NCBI GenBank assembly: GCA_046757925.1
Contig: JBHHZE010000004.1
Location: 3,263-67,262, forward strand
Direction: 5' to 3'
DNA: 64,000 bases
From: Gemmatimonadales bacterium
Lineage (GTDB): Bacteria > Gemmatimonadota > Gemmatimonadetes > Gemmatimonadales > GWC2-71-9
This document shows, in pieces, positions 29,341 through 38,988 of this stretch. The notes under the pieces were generated by a model. It had not been told where the DNA came from. It was given only the letters and a program-made list of their open reading frames with translations, and made no database searches. The position numbers were made by a program, and so were the translations under genes. Position 1 is the first letter of the stretch. Each line of letters starts with the position of its first letter.

Positions 29341-30615
29341 TCACCCGAAGCGAACCCAGCGCCAGAGTTCGGCAAGTTTCGGACGCTTACCGTGGGCGAG
29401 GATTCCCACCCGGTAGATCCGCCCCGCAATCCACGTTACGGCGATTAGCGACGCAATCAAGATCAATACCGACCCTACCAGTTCGACCGGCGGGATATCC
29501 GCCGCTGCCCACCGCACCGGCGTTGCAATAGGAGAACTAAAGGGAACGAGTGTCAATGTCCGCGCAAGAGGCCCGTCGGGGGAGTTGAGAGCGATCATCG
29601 ACAACATTGCAGGGATCACCAGAACCATCACCACCGGGGCTTGTGCCTGCCGCGCTTCTGCTTCGCTGTTCGACATCGCACCTACTGCTGCGAACATGGC
29701 CGCGTAAAGGAAGTAGCCCAGTACGAAATAGATCAGCAGCACGGTCACTAAGCTGAATTGTATTTCCGGAAGGGTGAACCCTGTGGCCCCTGCTCCACCG
29801 AGCCCCAGCATGCTGGTGATTAGATCACGCCGGGATACCAAAAGCCATCCCACCCCTGTCCAGATGCCGAGTTGTAACAACCCCACAGCACCAACGCCAA
29901 CGACCTTGCCCGCCAGTAACTGAAACGGCTTGAGGCTCGACACCAGCACCTCCACAATCCGTGACGTCTTCTCTTCCACCACTGCGCCCATCACCTGTAC
30001 GCCATAGAGCACGATTGCCATGTACATCAGGAACCAAACAAAATAGGCCACGAAAAATGCAGCTTCGCCGGACTGTCTCGTCGTCTCGCCCCGTCGAATC
30101 GTCACCGTTTCGAGTCGCAATGGTATCGTGGCCCGTGCTACCAGATCCGGATCGACACCAACTCGTCCCAGGCGCTCGGTCAGTACCGCCTCGCGCAGTA
30201 TTCGCCGCAGAATTGCCATATCCACTTGAGATGAAACGTTGGAACCGCGGTACTCCACTCGTCCGTCCTGCACGGTCTCGTCCGACACGATTAGAAAACC
30301 GTCCAGTGTCTTGCTGCCCACAACGCCGGCAAGTGAATCCGCCACTTCTTCGAGGTCTGCAATGTCAACAGCGACCCGCGCTGCCTTTATGGGTGCCGGG
30401 CCGTTCAACATATCAGTCACTCTTTTTCCAAAACTCTCTGCCGTAGCATCTACGACCACCACCGAGCGCTCCCTTCCCCCCTTAGTGGCCAGCAGAATGG
30501 GAAGGAAGATCAGCAGGCCCATCAACACGGGCCCCAGGACCGTCGTGATCACAAACCATTTGTTGCGCACGCGCTCGACAAATTCACGCCGCACCACAAC
30601 CCAGATCTTACGCAT
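29341..30615 (-). CDS. ABC-2 type exporter permease (NatB/YhaP-like)
   Basis: RREFVERVR and VVEEKTSRIVEVLVSS...GK motifs; multiple TM helices. Confidence 0.92.
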   Translation of the reverse strand: MRKIWVVVRREFVERVRNKWFVITTVLGPVLMGLLIFLPILLATKGGRERSVVVVDATAESFGKRVTDMLNGPAPIKAARVAVDIADLEEVADSLAGVVGSKTLDGFLIVSDETVQDGRVEYRGSNVSSQVDMAILRRILREAVLTERLGRVGVDPDLVARATIPLRLETVTIRRGETTRQSGEAAFFVAYFVWFLMYMAIVLYGVQVMGAVVEEKTSRIVEVLVSSLKPFQLLAGKVVGVGAVGLLQLGIWTGVGWLLVSRRDLITSMLGLGGAGATGFTLPEIQFSLVTVLLIYFVLGYFLYAAMFAAVGAMSNSEAEARQAQAPVVMVLVIPAMLSMIALNSPDGPLARTLTLVPFSSPIATPVRWAAADIPPVELVGSVLILIASLIAVTWIAGRIYRVGILAHGKRPKLAELWRWVRFG

Positions 30616-31571
30616 TAGGTGATCAACTCCTCAGCCGGTGCCGTCAGGGCGTCGCGACCAACCATATCGATGAAAATCTTGTTGAGGCTGGGCTCTGCGA
30701 TCTCGAATCGCGACACACGAACCCCTGCCCGGACCAACTCTTCCAACAACCGCTGCGGATCCGCCCCATCGGCAAGTTCCAACTCGGCGTACTGTCCGTA
30801 GTCATCCAGACCGGCAACGAGTGTCCGATCGTCGAATATCCGTCTTGCGGATCGCGATTCTCCTTCGAGAGCAAGTACCAGGTTCCGGCCGCCGTGCTCT
30901 TGCTTGACGTCGGCCAGTCGCCCATCTACAACTTTCTCACCTCTCGCGATAATGCAAATCGAGTCACACAGTTTCTCCGCCTGCTCCATGATGTGGGTGG
31001 AGAAAAGAATTGTCGTCCCCTTGCGCGACAGTTCAACCACTACGTCCTTCATGGCTTGTGCATTCACGGGATCGAGTCCCGAAAACGGCTCATCTAGGAT
31101 CACCAACTCCGGTCCGTGCAGCACAGTGGCAATGAACTGCACTTTCTGTTGCATGCCCTTGGACAGATCATCTCCGCGTTTGGCCATCCAATCCGACAGA
31201 CCCAGTCGTTCCAGCCATTGCACAGACTCGACCTTTGCTTTCGCCCGGTCCACACCCTTGATCTGTGCCAGAAACACCAGCAGGTCCAAAACCTTCATTT
31301 TTCGGTACAGGCCACGCTCTTCGGGAAGATATCCGATCCAGTGGCTCAGATCCCTACCCGAGTTGGAGCCCTCGAACAGTTGAATCGAGCCGGAGTCTGG
31401 ACCGATGATGTCCATGATCATCCGGATCGTCGTGGTCTTTCCGGCCCCGTTCGGCCCCAGCAGACCGTAGACCGACCCCACTGGAACCACGAGATCGAGT
31501 TCATGCACGGCCGTATGTCCGGCGTACCGCTTGGTGACTTGCGTCAGTTGCACTGCAAATGTCTTGTCCAT
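30615..31571 (-). CDS. ABC exporter ATP-binding protein (NatA/YhaQ-like)
   Basis: GPNGAGKTT, YLPEERGLY, LSKGMQQK and LDEPFSGLD motifs; start MDKTF with SD GAAGGA. Confidence 0.94.
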   Translation of the reverse strand: MDKTFAVQLTQVTKRYAGHTAVHELDLVVPVGSVYGLLGPNGAGKTTTIRMIMDIIGPDSGSIQLFEGSNSGRDLSHWIGYLPEERGLYRKMKVLDLLVFLAQIKGVDRAKAKVESVQWLERLGLSDWMAKRGDDLSKGMQQKVQFIATVLHGPELVILDEPFSGLDPVNAQAMKDVVVELSRKGTTILFSTHIMEQAEKLCDSICIIARGEKVVDGRLADVKQEHGGRNLVLALEGESRSARRIFDDRTLVAGLDDYGQYAELELADGADPQRLLEELVRAGVRVSRFEIAEPSLNKIFIDMVGRDALTAPAEELIT

Positions 31572-31581
31572 GTATCCTTCA

Positions 31582-31599
31582 CTTCGAGTTAACTTGAGC
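31582..31599. promoter_or_regulatory. SoxR-box-like (MerR family) palindrome
   Basis: CTTCGAGTTAACTTGAGC matches the E. coli SoxR site CCTCAAGTTAACTTGAGG at 15/18; overlapped by a -35-like TTCACT. Confidence 0.4.
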
Positions 31600-31607
31600 T
31601 GCACGCC

Positions 31608-31699
31608 GGCAGATGGTTCACGGTGCTCGGACCTCCGAAATCCGAATCGGCAGCACCGTTTCAGGACGTACGAGTTCCGTCCACCCGGAACCACCGACC
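31608..31699 (-). ncRNA. Candidate structured leader RNA (three-way junction), family unknown
   Basis: Three nested stems found by eye; G-U pairs favour the minus strand; begins just after a perfect extended -10. Confidence 0.45.
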
Positions 31700-31713
31700 C
31701 CCGAGAACCGTTA

Positions 31714-31722
31714 ATTATAGCA
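31714..31722 (-). promoter_or_regulatory. Extended -10 promoter for the ABC exporter operon
   Basis: Perfect TGCTATAAT on the minus strand in a GC-rich background; implies a ~135-nt 5' leader. Confidence 0.7.
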
Positions 31723-31841
31723 ACAGGGACTAATCTGCCGTTCACCACGGTCGCTGGAGTTTCTCGGGACCTGGGGTAGGGACTGCATTCTAGTCTCGTT
31801 TTGGCATTTGAGCAGGATGGCAAGGACAAGGTTCGAAACAC

Positions 31842-32618
31842 ATGCAATGTCATGATGCGCGCGCGATCCTGGGACCGGACTTGGGTCCGAGACCGGATTC
31901 TGGCAAGACTTCGAGTGCCTTCCAGCACGTGCGGGATTGCCACGATTGCACGAGTTTCTATGCAGCTCAGCAGGCAATTGCCAACCGCGTGCGCCAGGCT
32001 GGAGCTACGATTCTGGCACCGCCGACTGTACGGCAACGTCTCATGACAGGCTTGGCAGAAGTTGGTGCGGCACGAGATCCGCTGAGGCAGAAACGGAGTG
32101 CCAAGTGGATGCTGCTTCCCCTCGGCCTAGTTGCGGCGGCCGCTGCGGTTGCCGTACTCTCGGTCGGGCTACCGCGCCAAACTTCAGATTTTGCACGGCC
32201 TTTCGTGCAGCAGGCCATGGTCGGCCTTTCGAACGACGTTTCCATCGCCTCGTCCGATGCCGACGAACTGGGCGAGTGGCTGGAGGCCAGGATAGGTTAC
32301 TACGTGCACATTCCAGCAATCTCTGGCGCCCAGCTCAGAGGTGGGCGGGTTGCCTCCTTGGGCGGCAGACCAAGCGCCGCCGTGGTCTATTCTATCGACG
32401 GGAACTTACTGACCTACTTCGCCATGGCACCCGGCGTATCCCTGAACGGCGAGCTGGCGGAGCGGGAAATAGAAACAGCCTCCGCCGACGACTACCAAGT
32501 GGCGTTCTGGACCGAACTGGGCGCTGCGAGAGCGGTGGTTGCACCCATTCCACTGCTCGATGTCGAGGCCGTAGCAGAGGAGTGCCGGAGACAGGCCTCG
32601 GCCGAGTCCTCGTCCTAG
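31842..32618 (+). CDS. Anti-sigma factor family protein (zf-HC2/ZAS, single TM, extracytoplasmic domain)
   Basis: MQC...HVRDCHDC (HxxxCxxC) motif, TM LGLVAAAAAVAVLSVGL, C-terminal LRGGRV...AAVVY. Confidence 0.85.
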   Translation: MQCHDARAILGPDLGPRPDSGKTSSAFQHVRDCHDCTSFYAAQQAIANRVRQAGATILAPPTVRQRLMTGLAEVGAARDPLRQKRSAKWMLLPLGLVAAAAAVAVLSVGLPRQTSDFARPFVQQAMVGLSNDVSIASSDADELGEWLEARIGYYVHIPAISGAQLRGGRVASLGGRPSAAVVYSIDGNLLTYFAMAPGVSLNGELAEREIETASADDYQVAFWTELGAARAVVAPIPLLDVEAVAEECRRQASAESSS

Positions 32619-32944
32619 ACGCTGCGTAGGCGAATCCAGACCCCCCCATCTTCCTGTTTCACTTCATAACACCCGATCGGTTCCGTAGCGGGCAGTTCCA
32701 AAGCGCTTCCGTCACGAATGTCGAACTGAGCACCGTGGAGACCGCATTCTATTACATAGTCGTCAACCATCTCACCGCCGGACATGGGGAACTCGGCATG
32801 GGTACATTGATCTGAAATCGCATACGTCTCGCCATTGACCTGGATCAAGCAGATCCGGACGTCTCCACCACATTCTACGCCCAGAGGTATGCCTTCCTCC
32901 AGATCGTCCACCGAGGCAACCAGTTCAAACCCGTCATCCTTCAT
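32615..32944 (-). CDS. Rieske [2Fe-2S] ferredoxin
   Basis: CTH...CGLHGAQFD ligand motifs; start MKDDGF. Confidence 0.93.
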   Translation of the reverse strand: MKDDGFELVASVDDLEEGIPLGVECGGDVRICLIQVNGETYAISDQCTHAEFPMSGGEMVDDYVIECGLHGAQFDIRDGSALELPATEPIGCYEVKQEDGGVWIRLRSV

Positions 32945-32981
32945 TACGCCATCTCTCACAGGTGTGCGGAATACTTGGTGT

Positions 32982-33431
32982 CTATTCAGTTGTAATCGGT
33001 TGCGGTTCACCATCGAGCGCCGCCTTTAGCGTGTGCCAGCTGAGATTCGCACACTTCACGCGCGCTGGAAACTCTCGAACACCTCCGAGTGCGGCCAGTT
33101 TACCGAGCGATTTCACAGCGGAGGTGGAGTCGTGCTCGCCCATAACCATCGAGTGAAACTGACCAAACAGTTTCCGGGCCTCAGCAACGGACTTGCCCCT
33201 CACCGACGTCGTCATTAGGGAGGCCGAGGCCTGAGAGATGGCACAGCCCGAGCCCTGGAAGCCCACGTCCGCGATGACGCCGTCGTTTACTCTCACATAG
33301 ACGGTTATCCTGTCGCCACACAAGGGGTTGTCACCGCTCGCCTCTCGATTGGCGTTGTCGATCACCTTGAAATTGCGTGGGCTACGATTGTGGTCAAGAA
33401 TGACTTGTTGGTAGAGTTCTCTGACATCCAT
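32982..33431 (-). CDS. sufU: SUF system NifU-family protein SufU
   Basis: LYQQVILDH, NPLCGD, GCAISQAS and RVKCA motifs. Confidence 0.95.
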   Translation of the reverse strand: MDVRELYQQVILDHNRSPRNFKVIDNANREASGDNPLCGDRITVYVRVNDGVIADVGFQGSGCAISQASASLMTTSVRGKSVAEARKLFGQFHSMVMGEHDSTSAVKSLGKLAALGGVREFPARVKCANLSWHTLKAALDGEPQPITTE

Positions 33432-33434
33432 ATC

Positions 33435-34697
33435 TTATCCGAGAATTGCCCGTGCCTTTTTCACTGCGGCTACAAGAGTATCTATTTCTTGCCGCGTGTT
33501 GTACAACGCGAAGGATGCTCGTGCTGTGGCGGGTACACCGTAGAAGTCCATGACGGGTTGCGTACAGTGATGACCCGTCCGAATAGCAACGCCCTCCTGA
33601 TCGACCACCGTGCCTATATCGTGAGCGTGAACGCCGTCCACGATAAAAGACACAACGCTGGCTTTAGGGTCCGCCTGCCCAATGATTCGCAAGCCGGGGA
33701 CCGCTGAAAGTTGGGTCGTGGCATATGTCAAAAGATCTTGCTCGTGTTCATGAATCAACTCCCAGTCCAGACTCGACAAGAAGTCTATTGCAGCCGCGAG
33801 GCCCACTGCGCCAGCAATATGCGGAGTCCCCGCCTCGAACTTACTCGGTGGGGGCGCATATGTACTCGACTCAAACGACACGCTCCGGATCATATCGCCA
33901 CCCCCCTGGTAGGGTGGCATCTCGTTCAGCAACTCCTCACGTGCATACAGCACTCCCATTCCGGTAGGGCCGAACATCTTGTGGCTCGAAATGCAATAAA
34001 AATCGCACTCTATTTCTCGTACATTCACGGGCATGTGCGGCACCGCTTGAGCACCGTCCACGAGGACCGTCGCCCCTCGCGAGTGTGCCATTTCGCACAG
34101 CTGCTTCACCGGATTGATCGTCCCCAGCGAATTTGAGACATGGACCAAAGCCACCAGCTTGGTTTTCGAACTCAGGAGCCGCTCAAATTCGCCGAGCAAC
34201 AATGATCCGGCTTGGTCCATAGGGGCGACCCGCAGTCGGGCTCCGGTCGCCTCCGACAAAATCTGCCACGGCACAATGTTCGAATGATGTTCCATGGCCG
34301 TAACGAGTATTTCATCTTCCGGCCCCATTCTCACGCGACCAAAGCTGCCTGCGACCAAGTTGATCGCCTCTGTACAGCCTCTTACAAACACAATCTCATG
34401 TGCAGAGCCGGCGTTGATGAACTGCTGGACCTTGACGCGCGCCCCTTCGTATGCCGCGGTGGCCCGCTCACTGAGTTGGTATACGCCCCGATGAATATTT
34501 GCGTTGCCCGTCTCGTAATAGTCCTTGAGAGCCTCGATCACGCATCTCGGCTTCTGGCTGGTAGCGGCGTTGTCCAAGTATGCCAACGGCTTACCGCGCA
34601 CTGACAGCTGCAGTAGCGGAAATTCCTTTCGCACCGCGGCCACATCCCACGTCTTGCTCGGGGCGGCGTTCGGCACCCGTTGGTCGACTAGCGTCAT
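33435..34697 (-). CDS. sufS: Cysteine desulfurase SufS
   Basis: YLDNAATSQKP, EHHSNIVPW, DGAQ, SHKMFGP and RTGHHC motifs. Confidence 0.96.
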   Translation of the reverse strand: MTLVDQRVPNAAPSKTWDVAAVRKEFPLLQLSVRGKPLAYLDNAATSQKPRCVIEALKDYYETGNANIHRGVYQLSERATAAYEGARVKVQQFINAGSAHEIVFVRGCTEAINLVAGSFGRVRMGPEDEILVTAMEHHSNIVPWQILSEATGARLRVAPMDQAGSLLLGEFERLLSSKTKLVALVHVSNSLGTINPVKQLCEMAHSRGATVLVDGAQAVPHMPVNVREIECDFYCISSHKMFGPTGMGVLYAREELLNEMPPYQGGGDMIRSVSFESSTYAPPPSKFEAGTPHIAGAVGLAAAIDFLSSLDWELIHEHEQDLLTYATTQLSAVPGLRIIGQADPKASVVSFIVDGVHAHDIGTVVDQEGVAIRTGHHCTQPVMDFYGVPATARASFALYNTRQEIDTLVAAVKKARAILG

Positions 34698-36037
34698 CGT
34701 CCTGAGCCGCTTGCTTTTACACCGGCTTCGAGCCGCTCATGCAACAATGCATCGAGCTGCTGTCTGAGACCGTCGATAGCGATTTGGTTCAAGATTTCCA
34801 CGCCAAATCCATACGTGAGCGTGCTGCGGGCTTCAGCCGCGCCAAGTCCGCGGCTCTGTAGATAGAAAAGCGCTCTCTCGTCGATCGGTCCAAGCGTAGC
34901 ACCGTGCGTGCACTTCACGTCGTCCGCATAGATCTCCAGCTGCGGTTGACTGTCGGCGCGTGCCCGTTCCGAAAGTAACAAGTTGTTGTTCGTTTGCTTT
35001 GAGTCTGTTTTTTGCGCATCCGGTCGCACAATAATTCTGCCCGTGAAAACGCCGCGCGACTGGTCGTCATAGATTCCGTTGAAGTATTCCCAACTATTGC
35101 AGTGCGGTTGGGCATGGTCGATGGTAGTGTGATTGTCGACGTGCTGGCGACCCGACAGTTGGGAAAGCCCATACAACCTGCACTCTGCTCCTCTACCATC
35201 CAAAACCGCATTGATATCGTGACGCGTCAACGCACTACCCAGGGCTACAGTTGTCAGCGAATACCAGCTGTCGCGGCGCTGATATGCCTGAGTGGTTGCC
35301 GTATGATACGACTGTTCGCTCTCCTGCTGAATGCGATAGAGATCCAACCGGGCATTTTCCTCGACCACGGCCTCCGTCACGGCATTGGTCCAGTACGTTG
35401 CATCAACGGTTCCGACGTACCGCTCAACCACCGTAGCGGCGGCACCGTTACCGACCACGATGAGCGAACGTGGGTGCACAACCTTTTGTGGCGCCGATGC
35501 TAAGAATAGCAGTTGAATTGGCTGTTTCACGACTAGGTCGTCGGGAACGTAGACAAATGCACCGTCTGACATAAACCCCGTGCTCAGCGCCGTGAATGGA
35601 TTGTCAGCAGGTTCAGCATACTGTGCAAGATACAGCGTCACCGGTTCCACCTCGTCCGCCACCGCACCTGCCAGGTCGCTCACTATTACGCCCTCGGGAA
35701 GGCCGTCAAGCTGAGATAGCTCCCTCTTGAACCTGCCGTTCACGAAAACGATCTCATGGCCCGCGACCATGTCCAGACGGTGCGGCAGCAAGTCCGCCCG
35801 GGAGAGAAGGATTTCGCCGTCGTCTGGTGCCAGATCAAATGGAGTCTTCGCTAGAGCAGACAGGTTCGTAAAACGCCAGCGCTCGTCCCGAGTCGTTGGA
35901 AACCCGACACGCTCGAATTGTTCAACCGCCACTTTACGCAACTTCTGGAGCCATGCCGGCGCATTCGACGCACCATTGTCCAGAAATGTCTTGAAATCGG
36001 AAAGATATCTCTTCTTGTCGATCGTAGCCCGCGTCAT
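34694..36037 (-). CDS. sufD: Fe-S cluster assembly protein SufD (alternative TTG start at 36052)
   Basis: EIVFVNG, AQKTD, PQLEIYADDVKCTHGAT and FYLQSRG motifs. Confidence 0.95.
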   Translation of the reverse strand: MTRATIDKKRYLSDFKTFLDNGASNAPAWLQKLRKVAVEQFERVGFPTTRDERWRFTNLSALAKTPFDLAPDDGEILLSRADLLPHRLDMVAGHEIVFVNGRFKRELSQLDGLPEGVIVSDLAGAVADEVEPVTLYLAQYAEPADNPFTALSTGFMSDGAFVYVPDDLVVKQPIQLLFLASAPQKVVHPRSLIVVGNGAAATVVERYVGTVDATYWTNAVTEAVVEENARLDLYRIQQESEQSYHTATTQAYQRRDSWYSLTTVALGSALTRHDINAVLDGRGAECRLYGLSQLSGRQHVDNHTTIDHAQPHCNSWEYFNGIYDDQSRGVFTGRIIVRPDAQKTDSKQTNNNLLLSERARADSQPQLEIYADDVKCTHGATLGPIDERALFYLQSRGLGAAEARSTLTYGFGVEILNQIAIDGLRQQLDALLHERLEAGVKASGSGR

Positions 36038-36048
36038 CCGTTGCCTCT

Positions 36049-36804
36049 TCAAGCGACCGTCACAGCTTCCCTAATCCAGTCGTACCCTTTGGACTCCAGC
36101 TCCAGGGCCAGTTCCTTGCCGCCCGATTTCTCAATGCGGCCGTTTACTAGCACGTGGACGAAGTCCGGTGTGATGAAATTCAAGAGGCGCTGGTAGTGCG
36201 TTACGATGATGGTAGCATTCTCCGGGGTTTGCAGCTTGTTGACAGCTTCTGCAACCGACTTGAGTGCGTCGATGTCGAGACCCGAGTCTGTTTCGTCCAA
36301 GATCGCGAGTTTGGGCTCCAGGACAGCCATCTGCAAAATCTCGTTGCGCTTCTTTTCACCGCCTGAGAACCCGTCGTTGACCGGTCGATTCATGAGGTTG
36401 TCGTGCCAATCGATGACGCGAAGTTTCTCTTCGAGAATCTCTATGAAGTCGATCGCGTCGAGTTCTTCCTTACCCTGGCTCTTCCTGATCGCATTGATGG
36501 CCGAGCGCATGAAGTAGGCGTTGGTGATGCCGCGGATCTCCACCGGGTACTGAAACGCCAAGAATAGACCTGCACGGGCTCGCACCTCTGGTTCAGCATC
36601 GAGCAGGTCCAGACCCTGAAAGACAACCTCCCCCTCCGTGACTTCGTACGCCGGGTGTCCGGCCAGGACTTGGGCTAGCGTGCTCTTTCCGGATGCGTTG
36701 GGACCCATGATCGCATGGATCTCTCCCGGTCTCACGACGAGATCGATACCCCTCAAGATCTCGGCACCATTAACGCCGGCGTGCAAGTTTCTTATTTCGA
36801 GCAT
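36049..36804 (-). CDS. sufC: Fe-S cluster assembly ATPase SufC
   Basis: MLEIRNLH, GPNASGKST, FQYPVEI, FSGGEKKRNE and LDETDSGLD motifs. Confidence 0.97.
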   Translation of the reverse strand: MLEIRNLHAGVNGAEILRGIDLVVRPGEIHAIMGPNASGKSTLAQVLAGHPAYEVTEGEVVFQGLDLLDAEPEVRARAGLFLAFQYPVEIRGITNAYFMRSAINAIRKSQGKEELDAIDFIEILEEKLRVIDWHDNLMNRPVNDGFSGGEKKRNEILQMAVLEPKLAILDETDSGLDIDALKSVAEAVNKLQTPENATIIVTHYQRLLNFITPDFVHVLVNGRIEKSGGKELALELESKGYDWIREAVTVA

Positions 36805-36808
36805 TAGT

Positions 36809-38245
36809 TTATCCCACACTGCCTTCCAGGCTGATACCGAGGAGGTTCTGAGCCTCGACGGCAAATTCCATCGGCAGTTCTTTGAAAACTTCCTTACAAA
36901 ACCCATTGACGACCAACGACACGGCATCCTCTGCTGAAAGACCGCGTTGCTGGCAATAGAATATTTGATCTTCGCCGATCTTCGATGTGGTTGCCTCGTG
37001 CTCCATGGTGGCGGAACTGTTCCGAACATCGATGTATGGAAACGTGTGAGCACCGCACTTATCTCCGATCAACATCGAATCGCACTGAGAGTAGTTACGC
37101 GCACCCGCAGCGCCCTTCATGATCTTGACCTGCCCACGATACGTATTCTGACTCTTGCCGGCCGAGATTCCCTTCGAGACAATGGTGCTGCGAGTGTTCT
37201 TCCCGATGTGAATCATCTTCGTGCCGGTGTCTGCCTGCTGGTAATTGTTCGTAACAGCCACCGAGTAGAACTCACCGATAGTGTTGTCACCGCTCAAGAG
37301 GCAGCTCGGATACTTCCAGGTGATAGCCGATCCCGTCTCCACTTGGGTCCAGGAGATCTTTGCGTTGTCACCACGGCAGTCGCCACGTTTTGTCACGAAG
37401 TTGTAGATCCCGCCGTTTCCCTCTTCATCCCCTGGATACCAATTCTGTACCGTCGAGTACTTGATCTGGGCGTCCTTTAGAGCGATGAGTTCCACCACGG
37501 CCGCATGTAGTTGATTCTCGTCCCTCATTGGTGCAGAACAACCCTCCAGGTAGCTCACGTACGCTCCCTCGTCTGCAATTATGAGGGTGCGCTCGAATTG
37601 ACCGGTGGAAGCCGCATTGATTCGGAAGTACGTCGAGAGTTCCATGGGGCAGCGCGTACCCTTGGGCACGTAGACGAAGGAACCGTCACTAAACACCGCT
37701 GAGTTCAACGCCGCAAAGAAGTTGTCGCTGCGAGGCACCACCGACCCCAAGTATTGCTGCACCAACTCAGGATACTCCTGAACAGCCTCCGAGAAGGGCA
37801 GGAATATCACACCGTGCTCGGCGAGTTTCTCTTTGAACGTCGTGGCTACAGAAACGCTGTCGAAGACCGCATCGACCGCCACTCCCGCAAGCTGTTTCTG
37901 TTCCGAGATCGGAATCCCCAGCTTCTCGAAGGTCTCGAGCAGTTTGGGATCTACCTCATCCAGACTCTCGAGCTTGTCCTGTTGCTTCGGTGCTGAGTAG
38001 TAGTGAATCGCCTGATAGTCAATCGGATTGTATCTCACATTGGCCCACTCGGGCTCCTTCATATCGACCCAGGCGCGGTATGCCTTCAACCGCCACTCCA
38101 ATAGCCACTCAGGCTCGTGTTTTTTTTGAGAAATCAGCCGGACAACGTCCTCATTCAGGCCGGCCGGGACACGATCGGCCTCGATATCCGTACTCCAGCC
38201 GTACTTATACGGTTGGCTTACTCTCTGTTCGATCGTACTCGCCAT
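36809..38245 (-). CDS. sufB: Fe-S cluster assembly protein SufB (alternative GTG start at 38251)
   Basis: [33 protein letters not shown] and LEGSVG motifs. Confidence 0.97.
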   Translation of the reverse strand: MASTIEQRVSQPYKYGWSTDIEADRVPAGLNEDVVRLISQKKHEPEWLLEWRLKAYRAWVDMKEPEWANVRYNPIDYQAIHYYSAPKQQDKLESLDEVDPKLLETFEKLGIPISEQKQLAGVAVDAVFDSVSVATTFKEKLAEHGVIFLPFSEAVQEYPELVQQYLGSVVPRSDNFFAALNSAVFSDGSFVYVPKGTRCPMELSTYFRINAASTGQFERTLIIADEGAYVSYLEGCSAPMRDENQLHAAVVELIALKDAQIKYSTVQNWYPGDEEGNGGIYNFVTKRGDCRGDNAKISWTQVETGSAITWKYPSCLLSGDNTIGEFYSVAVTNNYQQADTGTKMIHIGKNTRSTIVSKGISAGKSQNTYRGQVKIMKGAAGARNYSQCDSMLIGDKCGAHTFPYIDVRNSSATMEHEATTSKIGEDQIFYCQQRGLSAEDAVSLVVNGFCKEVFKELPMEFAVEAQNLLGISLEGSVG

Positions 38246-38247
38246 CG

Positions 38248-38928
38248 TCACCCCTGACCCTGAACCCGAGAGGCAGTCTCCGGGCCAGGGTTCCGGCTAA
38301 TGGTGTACAAGCAGGCATTACATCCCTCGGGGATATAGGCCTCCCGCCGTACCTCACTCTGCAAAACATCTTCCAAGAAATCGACTTCCGCCTGGCAGAT
38401 CTCGGGGAACTGCTCCGCAGCCGACCGCACAGCGCAGTTGTGTTCAGCCAGCATCAGGGTGTCTTTCTCGGCAGACCAAACGGCCATGAACCCCTGACTG
38501 GAAAGCAGCTCCACAAGAGCCTCGACCCGCTTTTCCAGGCTCGCTCCCCCCAGTTCCGCGCGTATCCGGTCAGAATGGGCCCTAAACCGCTCGGCAAACA
38601 TGCGCTTGACCGCTTCCCGACCATCGTTCTGCGCGACGAACGACAGTACGTCGGTCAGCGCACGGTCATACTGAGTTGGAAACAGGGCTTCCCCGTCCCC
38701 GCTCAATCGGTAAGCGAAGGTCGGCGCCCCGGTACCCCTCTGCTCTCGCTCATAATCCACCAAACCCGCGGCTTCGAGTTCCTTGAGATGCCGCCTCACG
38801 GCGTTGGCAGAAACACCAAATGAGTCGCCAAGTTCTTTTGCCGTAATGGGTTGACTCTTCTTGAGGTGCAGAAGAATCTCACCACGAAGACCCTTCTGGC
38901 CTGCCAGTCCTGGAGTAATTGAGTTCAT
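38248..38928 (-). CDS. sufR: SufR-like HTH transcriptional regulator
   Basis: N-terminal HTH ([12 protein letters not shown]), C-terminal EHNC...EIC...GCNAC; first gene of the suf operon. Confidence 0.85.
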   Translation of the reverse strand: MNSITPGLAGQKGLRGEILLHLKKSQPITAKELGDSFGVSANAVRRHLKELEAAGLVDYEREQRGTGAPTFAYRLSGDGEALFPTQYDRALTDVLSFVAQNDGREAVKRMFAERFRAHSDRIRAELGGASLEKRVEALVELLSSQGFMAVWSAEKDTLMLAEHNCAVRSAAEQFPEICQAEVDFLEDVLQSEVRREAYIPEGCNACLYTISRNPGPETASRVQGQG

Positions 38929-38972
38929 GGGGACGCGAATCCTAATCAGTGTCAGTCAGTTATGCAACTAAT

Positions 38973-38988
38973 TTAACGTTTTTGTTAA
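38973..38988. promoter_or_regulatory. Candidate SufR operator
   Basis: Palindrome TTAAC-N6-GTTAA in the AT-rich sufR promoter; resembles the cyanobacterial SufR site CAAC-N6-GTTG. Confidence 0.55.

Noticed and set aside
31608-31699. Assignment of the leader RNA as guanidine-I/ykkC riboswitch, hammerhead ribozyme or tRNA-Sec
   Set aside because: It has GGUUCCG and GGUCCGAG but lacks the ykkC UAGG prefix and 3' P3 motif; there is no CUGANGA core and no anticodon or T arm.
31572-32036. 155-aa N-terminal extension of the ABC ATPase in the ORF track
   Set aside because: It is not protein-like and overlaps the anti-sigma gene and the promoter; ATG 31571 has a good SD.
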